A stretch of 64,000 bases of DNA from Nitrospirales bacterium (GTDB lineage: Bacteria; Nitrospirota; Nitrospiria; Nitrospirales; UBA8639). Under the pieces are notes generated by a model, which saw only the letters and a list, made by a program, of their open reading frames with translations, did not search any database and was not told the origin of the DNA. Below are positions 10,327 to 19,752 of the stretch, piece by piece. Position numbers and translations under genes: made by a program. Every line of letters begins with the position of its first letter. Positions within the stretch are counted from its first letter, which is position 1. The DNA lies in assembly GCA_965223295.1 (NCBI GenBank), contig CBDCWC010000002.1:1024001-1088000 (forward strand), read 5' to 3'.

Positions 10327-10575
10327 CTACGGCTTACAGACAGGGCATTTAAGTTGGGATGCGGCATCTGTATTTTCCAGCGCATCTAATGCTGAATCTT
10401 TATCGGGATATTCTTCCCACCCACCTTCCCAGAAGTCAGACCGGTGCGGCACGGAAGGCACCTCTAAACATCGATCTTTATGGATCATCGCCTGATCAAG
10501 AGAGCGCTTGAGATGTATCCAATATCCCATCGTGTTCTTCCATATTCTATGCCTTTTCTCATAAATAAAGGGCAT
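10327..10575 (-). CDS. Small hypothetical protein with C-terminal CPVC motif
   Basis: 82-aa ORF, co-oriented with its neighbours; H/C residues suggest metal binding. Confidence 0.55.
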   Translation of the reverse strand: MPFIYEKRHRIWKNTMGYWIHLKRSLDQAMIHKDRCLEVPSVPHRSDFWEGGWEEYPDKDSALDALENTDAASQLKCPVCKP

Positions 10576-10632
10576 ATTGTATGCATATAGAGAGTTTATC
10601 GTGAATGGAAGGAGAAAAACCAGGAAGGGATC

Positions 10633-10812
10633 TTAATCCTCGAGTAGTTGCCATTCATCTTTATCAATAAAGACTTTTTGGCCGGCCTCAAGCTTGGCCT
10701 TACCTTCCTTATCGAAAAATTGCATGTATCGCTCAATGCGATCCGCTTCATCAATACGCTCTTCTTTCATCATGCCTGTGGGCAATTTGAATCGACGAAT
10801 AAGCACTGCCAT
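10633..10812 (-). CDS. 59-aa hypothetical protein (below the ORF-track cutoff)
   Basis: MAVLIRRFKLPTGMMKEERIDEADRIERYMQFFDKEGKAKLEAGQKVFIDKDEWQLLED*, preceded by RBS AGGGAGG. Confidence 0.75.
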   Translation of the reverse strand: MAVLIRRFKLPTGMMKEERIDEADRIERYMQFFDKEGKAKLEAGQKVFIDKDEWQLLED

Positions 10813-11009
10813 TGCAAACCCTCCCTATTATTGACGAACGTTGAGTCTATAGGACTACCTAGGAAGCGTCAAGATCTTCAGGCATCATTCTCCCGTAATC
10901 CTAGGAGGGGCGATGCTTCCCTCACCGTATTGGCGGGACGAACTCAAATTCCTATATAATTTGGTGATTATCCTCTTGAGATTTCGTCTTTCATGAAAGG
11001 AGCCACGTC

Positions 11010-11309
11010 ATGCCATTATATGAATATATCTGTGAAACCTGTGAACATGGGTTCGAAGCCATGCAAGCGTTGAGCAGCAAACCGGAAGAAACCACATGTC
11101 CAAAATGTCAAAAGACTCACTGCCGCCGCATCATGTCCTCCTTTGCCTCGAAAATTGTTGGCACCCATAAACCCGGCTTTGCTGAAGATAAAGCTTATGC
11201 CATGCACGATGAACGAATGGAAAAATTCAAGAAACTTCCACCCATCTCGGGGATGCGTGCCGCCCCAACCGAAGCCAACTCTCAGCCAGGGCCAGGCGAG
11301 TCATGGTAA
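11010..11309 (+). CDS. FmdB family zinc-ribbon protein
   Basis: MPLYEYICETCEHGFE...CPKC; RBS AAAGGAG. Confidence 0.88.
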   Translation: MPLYEYICETCEHGFEAMQALSSKPEETTCPKCQKTHCRRIMSSFASKIVGTHKPGFAEDKAYAMHDERMEKFKKLPPISGMRAAPTEANSQPGPGESW

Positions 11310-11514
11310 AGAACCCGCCATTGGCCTAACAGAGCATTGACTGGCAGATTTCCCTCTACCTTTCTCGATCTCAATAATTTTCCTCTTGACATTCATTTCC
11401 TGAAACGGGAAAGATGCCTCGTTTTTGGCATTCATTTTCGCTGTATTGGCATTGCTCTTTTTGTCGCTGATCCTTACTCAAAAATTTTGAAAACCTTCGG
11501 AATCTTTTTTCTTG

Positions 11515-12408
11515 ATGCTTCGACTTATACACAGAGATCAACCGATTTCCTTATTGGCCTTCGGCATGGCTGGATTAGTTGTCTGCTTACTCCTCCCCAC
11601 CGCTCCTTTGTCTGCACAAAAAACATTTTCCACCCAACACCATAACAATCAAGAGGATTCCCCTCCTTCGAAAACAATTCTTCTCTCTGGGAACGGCCCT
11701 GAGCGATACCTCATGGAAATCCTTGCCGAGGCCTTTGAGCAAAAACATCCGTCGATTTCTGTGGATTTCTTCTGGCATCCAAATGCGAGACCGATCCGCA
11801 TGTTGGAACTTGGAGAAGCCGATATCGCCATTACTGGAGAAAAAATCCCAGCTATGCGTTCCACGATGATGGCTCGGGATGGAATTGCCGTACTGACAAA
11901 TTTTTCGAATCCCGTCAAAGAAATGACCTCTGAACAATTAGCGGAAGTCTTTTCAGGTAAACTTCGTTATTGGTCTGAGGTCTACGAAGAGGCCCCTCAA
12001 ACCAAAATTGTGTTAGTCAATCGTTCAACGAACCAAAACATCAGACAGGGCTTTGAGGCACAGCTTAGGATTCCCAAGGGAATTCCACGAACAGCCTACC
12101 GTGCAGAAACTGAAAAGGAAGCGATTACCATGGTGAGTGGAAATCTTGAAGCTATCACGTTTGTCTCCATGACCCCTGCCCTTCGTGCCAAAGAAGATGG
12201 GGTTGCGATTAATCTCCTCTTCATTGATAAGGTTGAACCTGAAGTCCAAACCGTTCTTGATAAACGCTATCCTTTGCAACGGCCAATCATGCTCATTTCG
12301 AACACACAACCATCTGAGAACGTGTTGGCCTTTGAACAATTCATTCTCTCTCCAGAAGGCCAGCGTCTCGTCAAAAAAGGCCGATACTATCAACTCAGTG
12401 ATCGCTAG
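11515..12408 (+). CDS. PstS-like (phosphate-binding-protein-like) substrate-binding protein
   Basis: Signal peptide, GEADIA, ARDGIAV, IFSG-like VFSGKLRYWSEV, YPLQRP, FILSPEGQ. No permease genes adjacent. Confidence 0.75.
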   Translation: MLRLIHRDQPISLLAFGMAGLVVCLLLPTAPLSAQKTFSTQHHNNQEDSPPSKTILLSGNGPERYLMEILAEAFEQKHPSISVDFFWHPNARPIRMLELGEADIAITGEKIPAMRSTMMARDGIAVLTNFSNPVKEMTSEQLAEVFSGKLRYWSEVYEEAPQTKIVLVNRSTNQNIRQGFEAQLRIPKGIPRTAYRAETEKEAITMVSGNLEAITFVSMTPALRAKEDGVAINLLFIDKVEPEVQTVLDKRYPLQRPIMLISNTQPSENVLAFEQFILSPEGQRLVKKGRYYQLSDR

Positions 12409-12495
12409 AATAAAAGGAACGACAATTGGGTGCTGACCTGTTAGGATCCAGCGGATACAATTCACGACTCAAATTTTTCACGCGAACAACCTTCT

Positions 12496-13914
12496 ATGTT
12501 TAATAAAGTCTTAGTGGCAAATCGAGGCGAAATCGCCATGCGCATCATCCGCGCATGCCGGGAATTCGGCATCGCCACCGCTGCCATTTATTCTGAAAGT
12601 GATGCGACTGCCATCTATGTCAAAAAAGCCAACGAAGCCTATTTGGTGGGTCCAGGCCCAGTACAAGGCTATTTAGATGCACGGCAGATTGTGGGATTGG
12701 CGAAACGTATTCGAGCGGACGCCATTCATCCCGGCTATGGCTTTCTGGCTGAAAATGCAGAATTTGCTAAGCTGTGTGAAGAAGCTGGCATCAACTTTAT
12801 TGGTCCCTCGCCTTATTCCCTTGATTTGTTAGGCGATAAAGTGAAAGCTCGCGAACTCGCTATCAAAATTGGCGTTCCCGTCGTTCCAGGAACAGACGGA
12901 AGCGTCGACTCACTAGAGGAAGGACTCGCCTTTTCCCGAGGAGCGGGCTATCCCGTCATGGTGAAAGCCAGCGCAGGAGGTGGTGGACGAGGATTGCGAG
13001 TGGTGCGCTCGGATGAAGAACTCAAAGATGCCATGGAAGCGGGCGCTCGTGAAGCTCAAGCTGCCTTTGGCAATGGTGAATTGTTTATTGAAAAATATAT
13101 TGAGCGGCCTCATCATATTGAATTCCAATTGTTAGCAGATAAAAACGGTTATGTGATTCATCTAGGAGAACGTGATTGCTCCATTCAACGGCGGCATCAA
13201 AAACTCATTGAAATTGCCCCTTCCCTTGTCTTGACTCCCCGCCTTCGCGCCGAAATGGGGGAAGCTGCCATTGCCATAGCTCGGGCCGCTCAGTTTTACA
13301 ATGCCGGAACCATTGAGTTTCTCCTTGACCCCGATGGCCGCTATTATTTCATCGAAATGAATCCACGCATTCAGGTAGAACATACTGTCACGGAACAAAT
13401 TACCACAGTTGATATTGTCCAATCACAACTCTGGATCGCCGCCGGACGTCCATTGGTCTTTGGCCAGCATGAGGTCAATCTTCAAGGATATGCCATCCAA
13501 ACCCGGATCAATGCTGAAGACCCGCAAAATGACTTTCGACCCTCTTCAGGGAAAATCACCGCCTATCTTTCTCCAGGAGGAGTTGGTGTACGCATAGACG
13601 GCGCCGTCTATAAGGACTATACCGTCCCCCCTTACTATGATGCCCTGTTGGCCAAGCTCACCGTGCATGGCCGCACTTGGGATGAAACCGTCCGCCGGAC
13701 CCATCGCTCACTTGAAGAATTTATGCTGAGAGGCGTCAAAACCACGATTCCATTTTTAACCAAAGTCATGGAAGAACCCGATTTCCGGGCCGGGCGGTTT
13801 GATACCAGTTACTTTGAAAACCATCCAGGATTATTTGATTATGAAGCAATGGAAGAACCAGAAGATTTAGTTGTTGCCCTTTCAGCGGTGATTGCCGCGT
13901 ATGAAGGCTTATGA
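12496..13914 (+). CDS. pycA: Biotin carboxylase subunit of a two-subunit pyruvate (or 2-oxoglutarate) carboxylase
   Basis: ANRGEIA, HPGYGFLAEN, GGGGRG, RDCSIQRRHQK, EMNPRIQVEH. Confidence 0.85.
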   Translation: MFNKVLVANRGEIAMRIIRACREFGIATAAIYSESDATAIYVKKANEAYLVGPGPVQGYLDARQIVGLAKRIRADAIHPGYGFLAENAEFAKLCEEAGINFIGPSPYSLDLLGDKVKARELAIKIGVPVVPGTDGSVDSLEEGLAFSRGAGYPVMVKASAGGGGRGLRVVRSDEELKDAMEAGAREAQAAFGNGELFIEKYIERPHHIEFQLLADKNGYVIHLGERDCSIQRRHQKLIEIAPSLVLTPRLRAEMGEAAIAIARAAQFYNAGTIEFLLDPDGRYYFIEMNPRIQVEHTVTEQITTVDIVQSQLWIAAGRPLVFGQHEVNLQGYAIQTRINAEDPQNDFRPSSGKITAYLSPGGVGVRIDGAVYKDYTVPPYYDALLAKLTVHGRTWDETVRRTHRSLEEFMLRGVKTTIPFLTKVMEEPDFRAGRFDTSYFENHPGLFDYEAMEEPEDLVVALSAVIAAYEGL

Positions 13915-13967
13915 GTATCTTGGTCGACTTAACATTTGGCATCCGTTGAACATGTGAAAGGCTGCTT

Positions 13968-15911
13968 ATGCCACGAAAATCAAAGAAAACCCAAAAACGA
14001 CTGCATGCCGGACGTCCAGTTCCCAAGCGCATGAAAACAGACGCCCCTCCTGCACTGGACATTGAAGCGTCACCGAAACGACAAGTGTACTTAACGGATG
14101 TAGCCTTACGGGATGGGCATCAATCTTTATTGGCCACCCGTATGCGGACTGAAGACCTCTTGGCTGTCGGGACTGAATTAGATGAAGTCGGTTTCTGGTC
14201 TTTAGAAGTCTGGGGAGGCGCCACCTTTGATTCCTGCTTGCGATTCTTAAAAGAAGACCCTTGGGAACGCCTCCGTGCTTTTCGTCAAGCGATGCCAAAA
14301 ACCCGGTTACAAATGTTATTGCGTGGCCAAAATTTAGTGGGGTATCGGCATTATGCCGACGACGTGTTAGAAAAATTCATTGAACTCTCCGCCAAAAATG
14401 GGATCGATGTCTTTCGTATTTTTGATGCCTTAAACGATATCCGTAATATCAAACCCGCCATGGAGGTCGTGAAAGCCTGCGGAAAACATATTGAGGCCAC
14501 AATCTGCTACACAGTGAGTCCCGTACACAGTCTGAACCATTTTGTGGAACAAGCAAAACAACTGGAAGACCTTGGCGCAGACACCATTTGCATTAAAGAT
14601 ATGGCAGGATTACTGCCTCCGTTTGAAGCCTATGAGTTAATCAGCCGCCTGAAAGCAACCGTCCGCACGCCCATTCATCTCCATACCCATTACACCTCCG
14701 GCATGGCTTCGATGTCTGCGCTTATGGCTATCATGGGCGGTCTTGATATTTTAGATACTGCTTTATCACCTTTATCCGGCGGCACCTCTCATCCCCCAAC
14801 AGAATCCTTTATTGCCGCACTTCGCAACACCCCTTATGACACCAAACTCAATCTGCAACAACTGGCGCAGCCTGCCGAGAAACTTCGAAAAGCTCGAAAA
14901 CGCTATCGGCAATTCGAAAGCGATTTCACTGGCGTCGATACCGACATCCTGCTTTCTCAAGTGCCAGGCGGCATGCTCTCGAATTTGGCCGCCCAATTGG
15001 CTGAACAAAACGCGCTGGGAAAAATCAAAGAAGTGTTGGAAGAAATTCCACGCGTTCGAAAAGATATGGGCTATCCCCCTCTGGTCACGCCCACGAGCCA
15101 AATTGTGGGAACACAAGCCACGCTGAATACTTTGACCGGCGAACGGTATAAGGTCATTACCAATGAAACCAAGAATTACTTTCAAGGCTTATATGGGAAA
15201 CCCCCTGGAACCTTGAACTCAAAAATCCGGCATAAATCGTTAGAAGGCGACAAACCGGTGTTAGGGCGGCCAGCCGACAATCTCGATCCGGAACTTGACG
15301 ATGCCCAACAAGAATTAGTCGGGAAAGACATCCCTGAAGAAGATATTTTATCTTATGCTTTGCTGCCTTCTGTTGCCTTGCAATTTTTTGATGAACGGGA
15401 GAGAGGGGAACTCAAACCAGAGCCCTTGCAACCACAATCAGAGAGCGGGCCCGCGGTTGCCCACGATTTACATTTGGCTCCGATTGAATTCAAAGTCACG
15501 GTCCATGGAGAGTCCTACCATATTCGTGTCTCCGGATCCGGACAGACAATTGATGGCACCAAGCCCTATTACATTAAAGTGAATGACAAACTTGAAGAAG
15601 TCTATCTTGAGCCTATCCAAGAAGTGTTAGCCGGTGCTCCAGATGCTCCTCCAACATCCACCTCAACGAAGCAAGAAGGTCGGCCTAAACCATCACAAGC
15701 CGGAGACGTCACAACACCCATGCCGGGCCGTGTGGTCAAAATATTAGTGGCTCAAGGTGATACGGTAAAGGTCGGCGACCCCTTACTTGTCGTGGAAGCC
15801 ATGAAAATGGAAAATCGCGTTCAATCTCCTATCGATGGAACGGTCATAACGATCTTCATTAAAGAAGGCGATGAAGTCAATCCGGACGAAACCCTGATTC
15901 ATCTGGAATAA
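13968..15911 (+). CDS. pycB: Carboxyltransferase/biotin-carrier subunit of pyruvate (or 2-oxoglutarate) carboxylase
   Basis: LRDGHQSLLATR, EVWGGATFD, IKDMAG, VPGGMLSNL, LVTPTSQIVG, EAMKM biotin site. Confidence 0.85.
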   Translation: MPRKSKKTQKRLHAGRPVPKRMKTDAPPALDIEASPKRQVYLTDVALRDGHQSLLATRMRTEDLLAVGTELDEVGFWSLEVWGGATFDSCLRFLKEDPWERLRAFRQAMPKTRLQMLLRGQNLVGYRHYADDVLEKFIELSAKNGIDVFRIFDALNDIRNIKPAMEVVKACGKHIEATICYTVSPVHSLNHFVEQAKQLEDLGADTICIKDMAGLLPPFEAYELISRLKATVRTPIHLHTHYTSGMASMSALMAIMGGLDILDTALSPLSGGTSHPPTESFIAALRNTPYDTKLNLQQLAQPAEKLRKARKRYRQFESDFTGVDTDILLSQVPGGMLSNLAAQLAEQNALGKIKEVLEEIPRVRKDMGYPPLVTPTSQIVGTQATLNTLTGERYKVITNETKNYFQGLYGKPPGTLNSKIRHKSLEGDKPVLGRPADNLDPELDDAQQELVGKDIPEEDILSYALLPSVALQFFDERERGELKPEPLQPQSESGPAVAHDLHLAPIEFKVTVHGESYHIRVSGSGQTIDGTKPYYIKVNDKLEEVYLEPIQEVLAGAPDAPPTSTSTKQEGRPKPSQAGDVTTPMPGRVVKILVAQGDTVKVGDPLLVVEAMKMENRVQSPIDGTVITIFIKEGDEVNPDETLIHLE

Positions 15912-16849
15912 TGAGATGGAGTCATGTCATCGTTTTCATCCTGTGGTCCTTCCTCTTTATGGGATGTTCGTCTTCTCATCTGTTCCCTCCTTGGATTGAA
16001 CTCATCCAACGAGTTCCTTTTCACACCCTCACCGTCAATGATCACCGTATGGCCTACCTGGATGTTGGCGAAGGCCAACCAATTATTTTCATCCATGGCT
16101 TCGGCGGATCCATGTGGCATTGGGAATATCAGTATATCCCCTTGGCTCACCACCATCGGGTGATCATCCCGGACCTCATCGGATCCGGACTATCTGATAA
16201 ACCTGAAACCGTTTACAGCCCGGAACAACTTTTGCGTTTTTTTGTAGAATTTATGGATCGCCTGGAGATTACACAGGCCACCTTGGTCGGCAACTCCATG
16301 GGAGCAGGACTGGCCATGGCCATGGCATTGGACTACCCTAGTCGCGTCGCGAAACTTGTCCTCATTTCTGGATTTCCCCCTCGTGTTGAGGAAAGCGTCG
16401 CCTCACCGGAATATCGCCGGCTTTTATCATATCGTCCGCCGTTATGGTTAGCCACTATCGGCAATCAGGTAGCTGGTCGAGGGACCACAGAACGATTCCT
16501 GAAAGAAATGGTCTACGATCCTTCGCTGATCTCCGCGCCTGTCATTGAACGATCATTTCACAATCGTCAACGAGAAGGCTTGCTCACACCCCTCTATTCA
16601 TTATTAGATCATCTTGAGAGTTGGGAGGCTCAATATGGAGAACGTCTGGCAAAGATCTCCCACCCTATCTTAATTCTCTGGGGAGATCATGACCGCGTCT
16701 TCCCAGCAGATGTCGGAAGGCAACTCAAGGATCTAATCGTTCAAGCTGAATGGCATATCATTCCGGAAGCAGGCCATCTACCTCAATGGGAGCAACCTCA
16801 GATCGTCAATCCGCTTATTTCAGCATTTCTGGAAAAACAAACACCATGA
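15911..16849 (+). CDS. Alpha/beta fold hydrolase, lipoprotein
   Basis: FIHGFGG, GNSMGA nucleophile elbow, WGDHD, AGHLPQWEQP; FMGC lipobox. Confidence 0.9.
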   Translation: MRWSHVIVFILWSFLFMGCSSSHLFPPWIELIQRVPFHTLTVNDHRMAYLDVGEGQPIIFIHGFGGSMWHWEYQYIPLAHHHRVIIPDLIGSGLSDKPETVYSPEQLLRFFVEFMDRLEITQATLVGNSMGAGLAMAMALDYPSRVAKLVLISGFPPRVEESVASPEYRRLLSYRPPLWLATIGNQVAGRGTTERFLKEMVYDPSLISAPVIERSFHNRQREGLLTPLYSLLDHLESWEAQYGERLAKISHPILILWGDHDRVFPADVGRQLKDLIVQAEWHIIPEAGHLPQWEQPQIVNPLISAFLEKQTP

Positions 16850-17514
16850 CATTTTCTGACCATTTACGAGAAATAGCTCAACCCATTTGGGACGCACAAT
16901 TGCATCATCCATTTGTGACCGCCTTAGGAAAAGGGACACTCCCCAAGAGAAAGTTTCGATATTACATTTTGCAAGATGCACGGTATTTAGAGGAACTGGC
17001 CAAGGTATTTGCCGCCGGAGCCCAAAAAGCAGCCGATACCGAGACAGCCCTTCGCTTTGCCAAATTAGTGGAAGAAACGATCATTGTTGAACGAAGTCTT
17101 CACAAATCTTATGGACAACGTTGGAAATTATCCGCGCAAGATATGCATTCGACGCCGCTGTCCCCGACGAATTATGCCTATTGCCGCCACATGCAAAGTG
17201 TGGCTCAAACCGGCAGTCTTGGAGAAATCACGGTCGTGGCGTTGCCATGCGCCTGGATTTATTGTGAGGTGGGCCAACACTTATTACGTCAGGGCCTGCC
17301 AAAATCCTCTCATCCCTATCGTGAGTGGCTAGAACTATATGGATCGCCAGATTTCGCCCGAGTGGCAGCGTGGATGCGGTCAATTGTGAATCAATGCGCC
17401 AATACTGCAGGGAAAGCCGAAAAACTGAGAATGGAGGAGGCCTTTCTTATCAGTTCACGATATGAATGGATGTTTTGGGACATGGCCTGGCGTGAAGAAC
17501 AATGGCCCGTATAG
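16846..17514 (+). CDS. tenA: Thiaminase II / aminopyrimidine aminohydrolase
   Basis: HPFV..LGKGTL, YILQDARY, LPCAWIY catalytic Cys, YEWMFWDMA. Confidence 0.92.
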   Translation: MTFSDHLREIAQPIWDAQLHHPFVTALGKGTLPKRKFRYYILQDARYLEELAKVFAAGAQKAADTETALRFAKLVEETIIVERSLHKSYGQRWKLSAQDMHSTPLSPTNYAYCRHMQSVAQTGSLGEITVVALPCAWIYCEVGQHLLRQGLPKSSHPYREWLELYGSPDFARVAAWMRSIVNQCANTAGKAEKLRMEEAFLISSRYEWMFWDMAWREEQWPV

Positions 17515-17633
17515 CTCAGACTTCAAAAAATGTCATAATCCTCTGAAATTCAACAAGCGACCTTTTACATTACAATCACTATTTTCCGCACACAATATTC
17601 TTCAACTTCTTTTTTCTCACTAGGCCGCTATCC

Positions 17634-18317
17634 ATGAAAAGTAGATACCTCCTTACTCTCCTTTCTTTCTTGGCGTGCGGGACACCTTTCTTCAGCCCTT
17701 TTCCAGCCTGGAGTCAAACAAAAGACAGCATCGGCATTCAACCTCTTCAAAAAATCAGGGAAATGCCCATTCATAAACTCATTCCTCCCTCTGTGTCTCC
17801 ACTTTTTTCCGCACATGAGATGGAACATTTTCTTCAGCGATTAGAAGGGACGCCGCCTAATTGGACTCAACAGCATCACGCGGACATCACGAAACAAAGC
17901 GAAAACCTGTTTCAATTTAATCGCCAACGAGATGCCGCACGAAGGACCAAGAAGGAAATACTGGCGCAGCCAATTGCGTTTCTGTGGACGGGCATACTTA
18001 GGCAATTCTTGCCTGAGTATGAAGGGTTTTCTCTTGCATTAGGGCCAAAACTCACGGCCACATCATGGGGCACCATTCGCTTTAAGCCTGGAATCCTTCC
18101 AGACTATCTCATTGCCATTCCAACGTCTGAGACTCGAAAAGAACTTCTCATCAGGCAACAACAAGGGGAACAGATTGAGATTACGATCGTATGTATTGGT
18201 ACCTTGATTCCAGAAGAATCCGTGATCTACGCATTTTCGCATGACAGCCCCCATGAAGGAATGATTTTACCTGTCGTTTCCATTCAGAGGTTGCTGTATG
18301 TCCTTCAACCATCATAA
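17634..18317 (+). CDS. Secreted hypothetical protein
   Basis: 227-aa ORF with an N-terminal signal peptide. Confidence 0.7.
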   Translation: MKSRYLLTLLSFLACGTPFFSPFPAWSQTKDSIGIQPLQKIREMPIHKLIPPSVSPLFSAHEMEHFLQRLEGTPPNWTQQHHADITKQSENLFQFNRQRDAARRTKKEILAQPIAFLWTGILRQFLPEYEGFSLALGPKLTATSWGTIRFKPGILPDYLIAIPTSETRKELLIRQQQGEQIEITIVCIGTLIPEESVIYAFSHDSPHEGMILPVVSIQRLLYVLQPS

Positions 18318-18363
18318 GCACTGGGACTTACATTCCTCCCTCATTCTTCCGAAAACCCATTCT

Positions 18364-18798
18364 ATGGATGACCCAAAGCTTCGCCCATCATCAACACAAC
18401 ATCTGCTCATCACACGCTGGGCCCCTGTCCTCTTCTATTGCAGCATCATTGTATACCTCTCCTCCCAATCCTATCCGGACCTTCATATTCCTTCATTTTT
18501 ATCGGGCGTCAATGATAAACTTGTTCATGCCATTGAATATGGCATTTTAGGAATCTTGCTCTATCGAGCCTTGTACCAACGAGAGAGAACCATCGGACGC
18601 ATAGGCTTGGCAATCATAGGGGCAGTGGCCTTTGGAATATCCGATGAAATACATCAGTGGTTCGTTCCTCAACGGCATGCCGATATATGGGATATTGTCG
18701 CTGACTCATTGGGGGCAGCATTCTTTATTTTCATCTGGGTCTTCATCACAGAAAAATTTGGCTTACGTAACACACCTCATGAAGTCAGGAGGAAATAG
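18364..18798 (+). CDS. VanZ family membrane protein
   Basis: DKLVHAIEYGILG, SDEIHQWFVPQRHADIWDIVADSLG. Confidence 0.88.
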   Translation: MDDPKLRPSSTQHLLITRWAPVLFYCSIIVYLSSQSYPDLHIPSFLSGVNDKLVHAIEYGILGILLYRALYQRERTIGRIGLAIIGAVAFGISDEIHQWFVPQRHADIWDIVADSLGAAFFIFIWVFITEKFGLRNTPHEVRRK

Positions 18799-18877
18799 AC
18801 ACATGAAGACAGAGGGAGAAAATTTTCTTGTTTCTTCATGACGACATAGTGTAACCACTTGCAGAAAACGACAATAA

Positions 18878-19483
18878 ATGAATACCCTTTTGCATTCTAT
18901 TATAAACAAGCTTTCCGCTCCCCTCACTAAACAAGAAGGCGTCACATACCTTTTTGTCATGATGCTCGTTGTCATGATGAGTATTTCCCTTATGGGAGTT
19001 ACCCAACAATGGTCAGTCATTTTGAAACGAGATCAAGAGGCTGAGCTGCTGTTTCGCGGAACCCGCATTAAGGAAGCCATCGAACGCTATGTCGCAGACT
19101 ATGAAGTTCAAAAGGCTACGAGACCAAATCAGTGGCCTCGCACCCTTGAAGATCTCACAAAGAAAAGCCCCAAACGCTATTTACAGGTTGCCTACACCGA
19201 TCCTATTACAGGAAAAGACTTTGACCTTATCAAAGTAGGGGATCAGCTACATGGCGTTCGTAGTACCAGCACCGATGTCCCCTATGACCAAGTTCACTTT
19301 AAAAATGTGAAAACATATCAGGCTATTCGGTTTGAATCGACAGGCGGTAGCAGTGGCTGCCAACCCAATGCTGTCAATCCCCTTGTTCAACAGAATTGTC
19401 TTCCATCCAACAATGAAACGGCTCCCTCGGCAGACCCGCCAGAATTGAGTCCCAGTCAAAACCCAAGTGCTCCTTCGCTCTAA
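18878..19483 (+). CDS. Type II secretion pseudopilin-like protein
   Basis: Prepilin-like QEGVTYL plus hydrophobic helix; RDQEAELLFRG, WPRTLEDL, DPIT. Confidence 0.8.
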   Translation: MNTLLHSIINKLSAPLTKQEGVTYLFVMMLVVMMSISLMGVTQQWSVILKRDQEAELLFRGTRIKEAIERYVADYEVQKATRPNQWPRTLEDLTKKSPKRYLQVAYTDPITGKDFDLIKVGDQLHGVRSTSTDVPYDQVHFKNVKTYQAIRFESTGGSSGCQPNAVNPLVQQNCLPSNNETAPSADPPELSPSQNPSAPSL

Positions 19484-19752
19484 AAGAAGTTTTGGAAAGA
19501 CCCTGGCTTTTTTTGAACGATATTGTCGGACCCAGTAACGATTTCTGTGAATTTCTTTGCAAGGACTCTTCTCAAATCGCTTATTTTCCCTATATTTTCT
19601 TTGTTTAATATTGAAATACCAGCATCCGATAAGGAAAAGAAGCCGGGCTGTGTAACTAGCCCACACCCAAGAAATATGCTATATTGGAGGGGTTTTTAGC
19701 TTAATTGCATTCCCCCGCCAAGCATTCACAAAAAGGACCTCACATCATTCTA

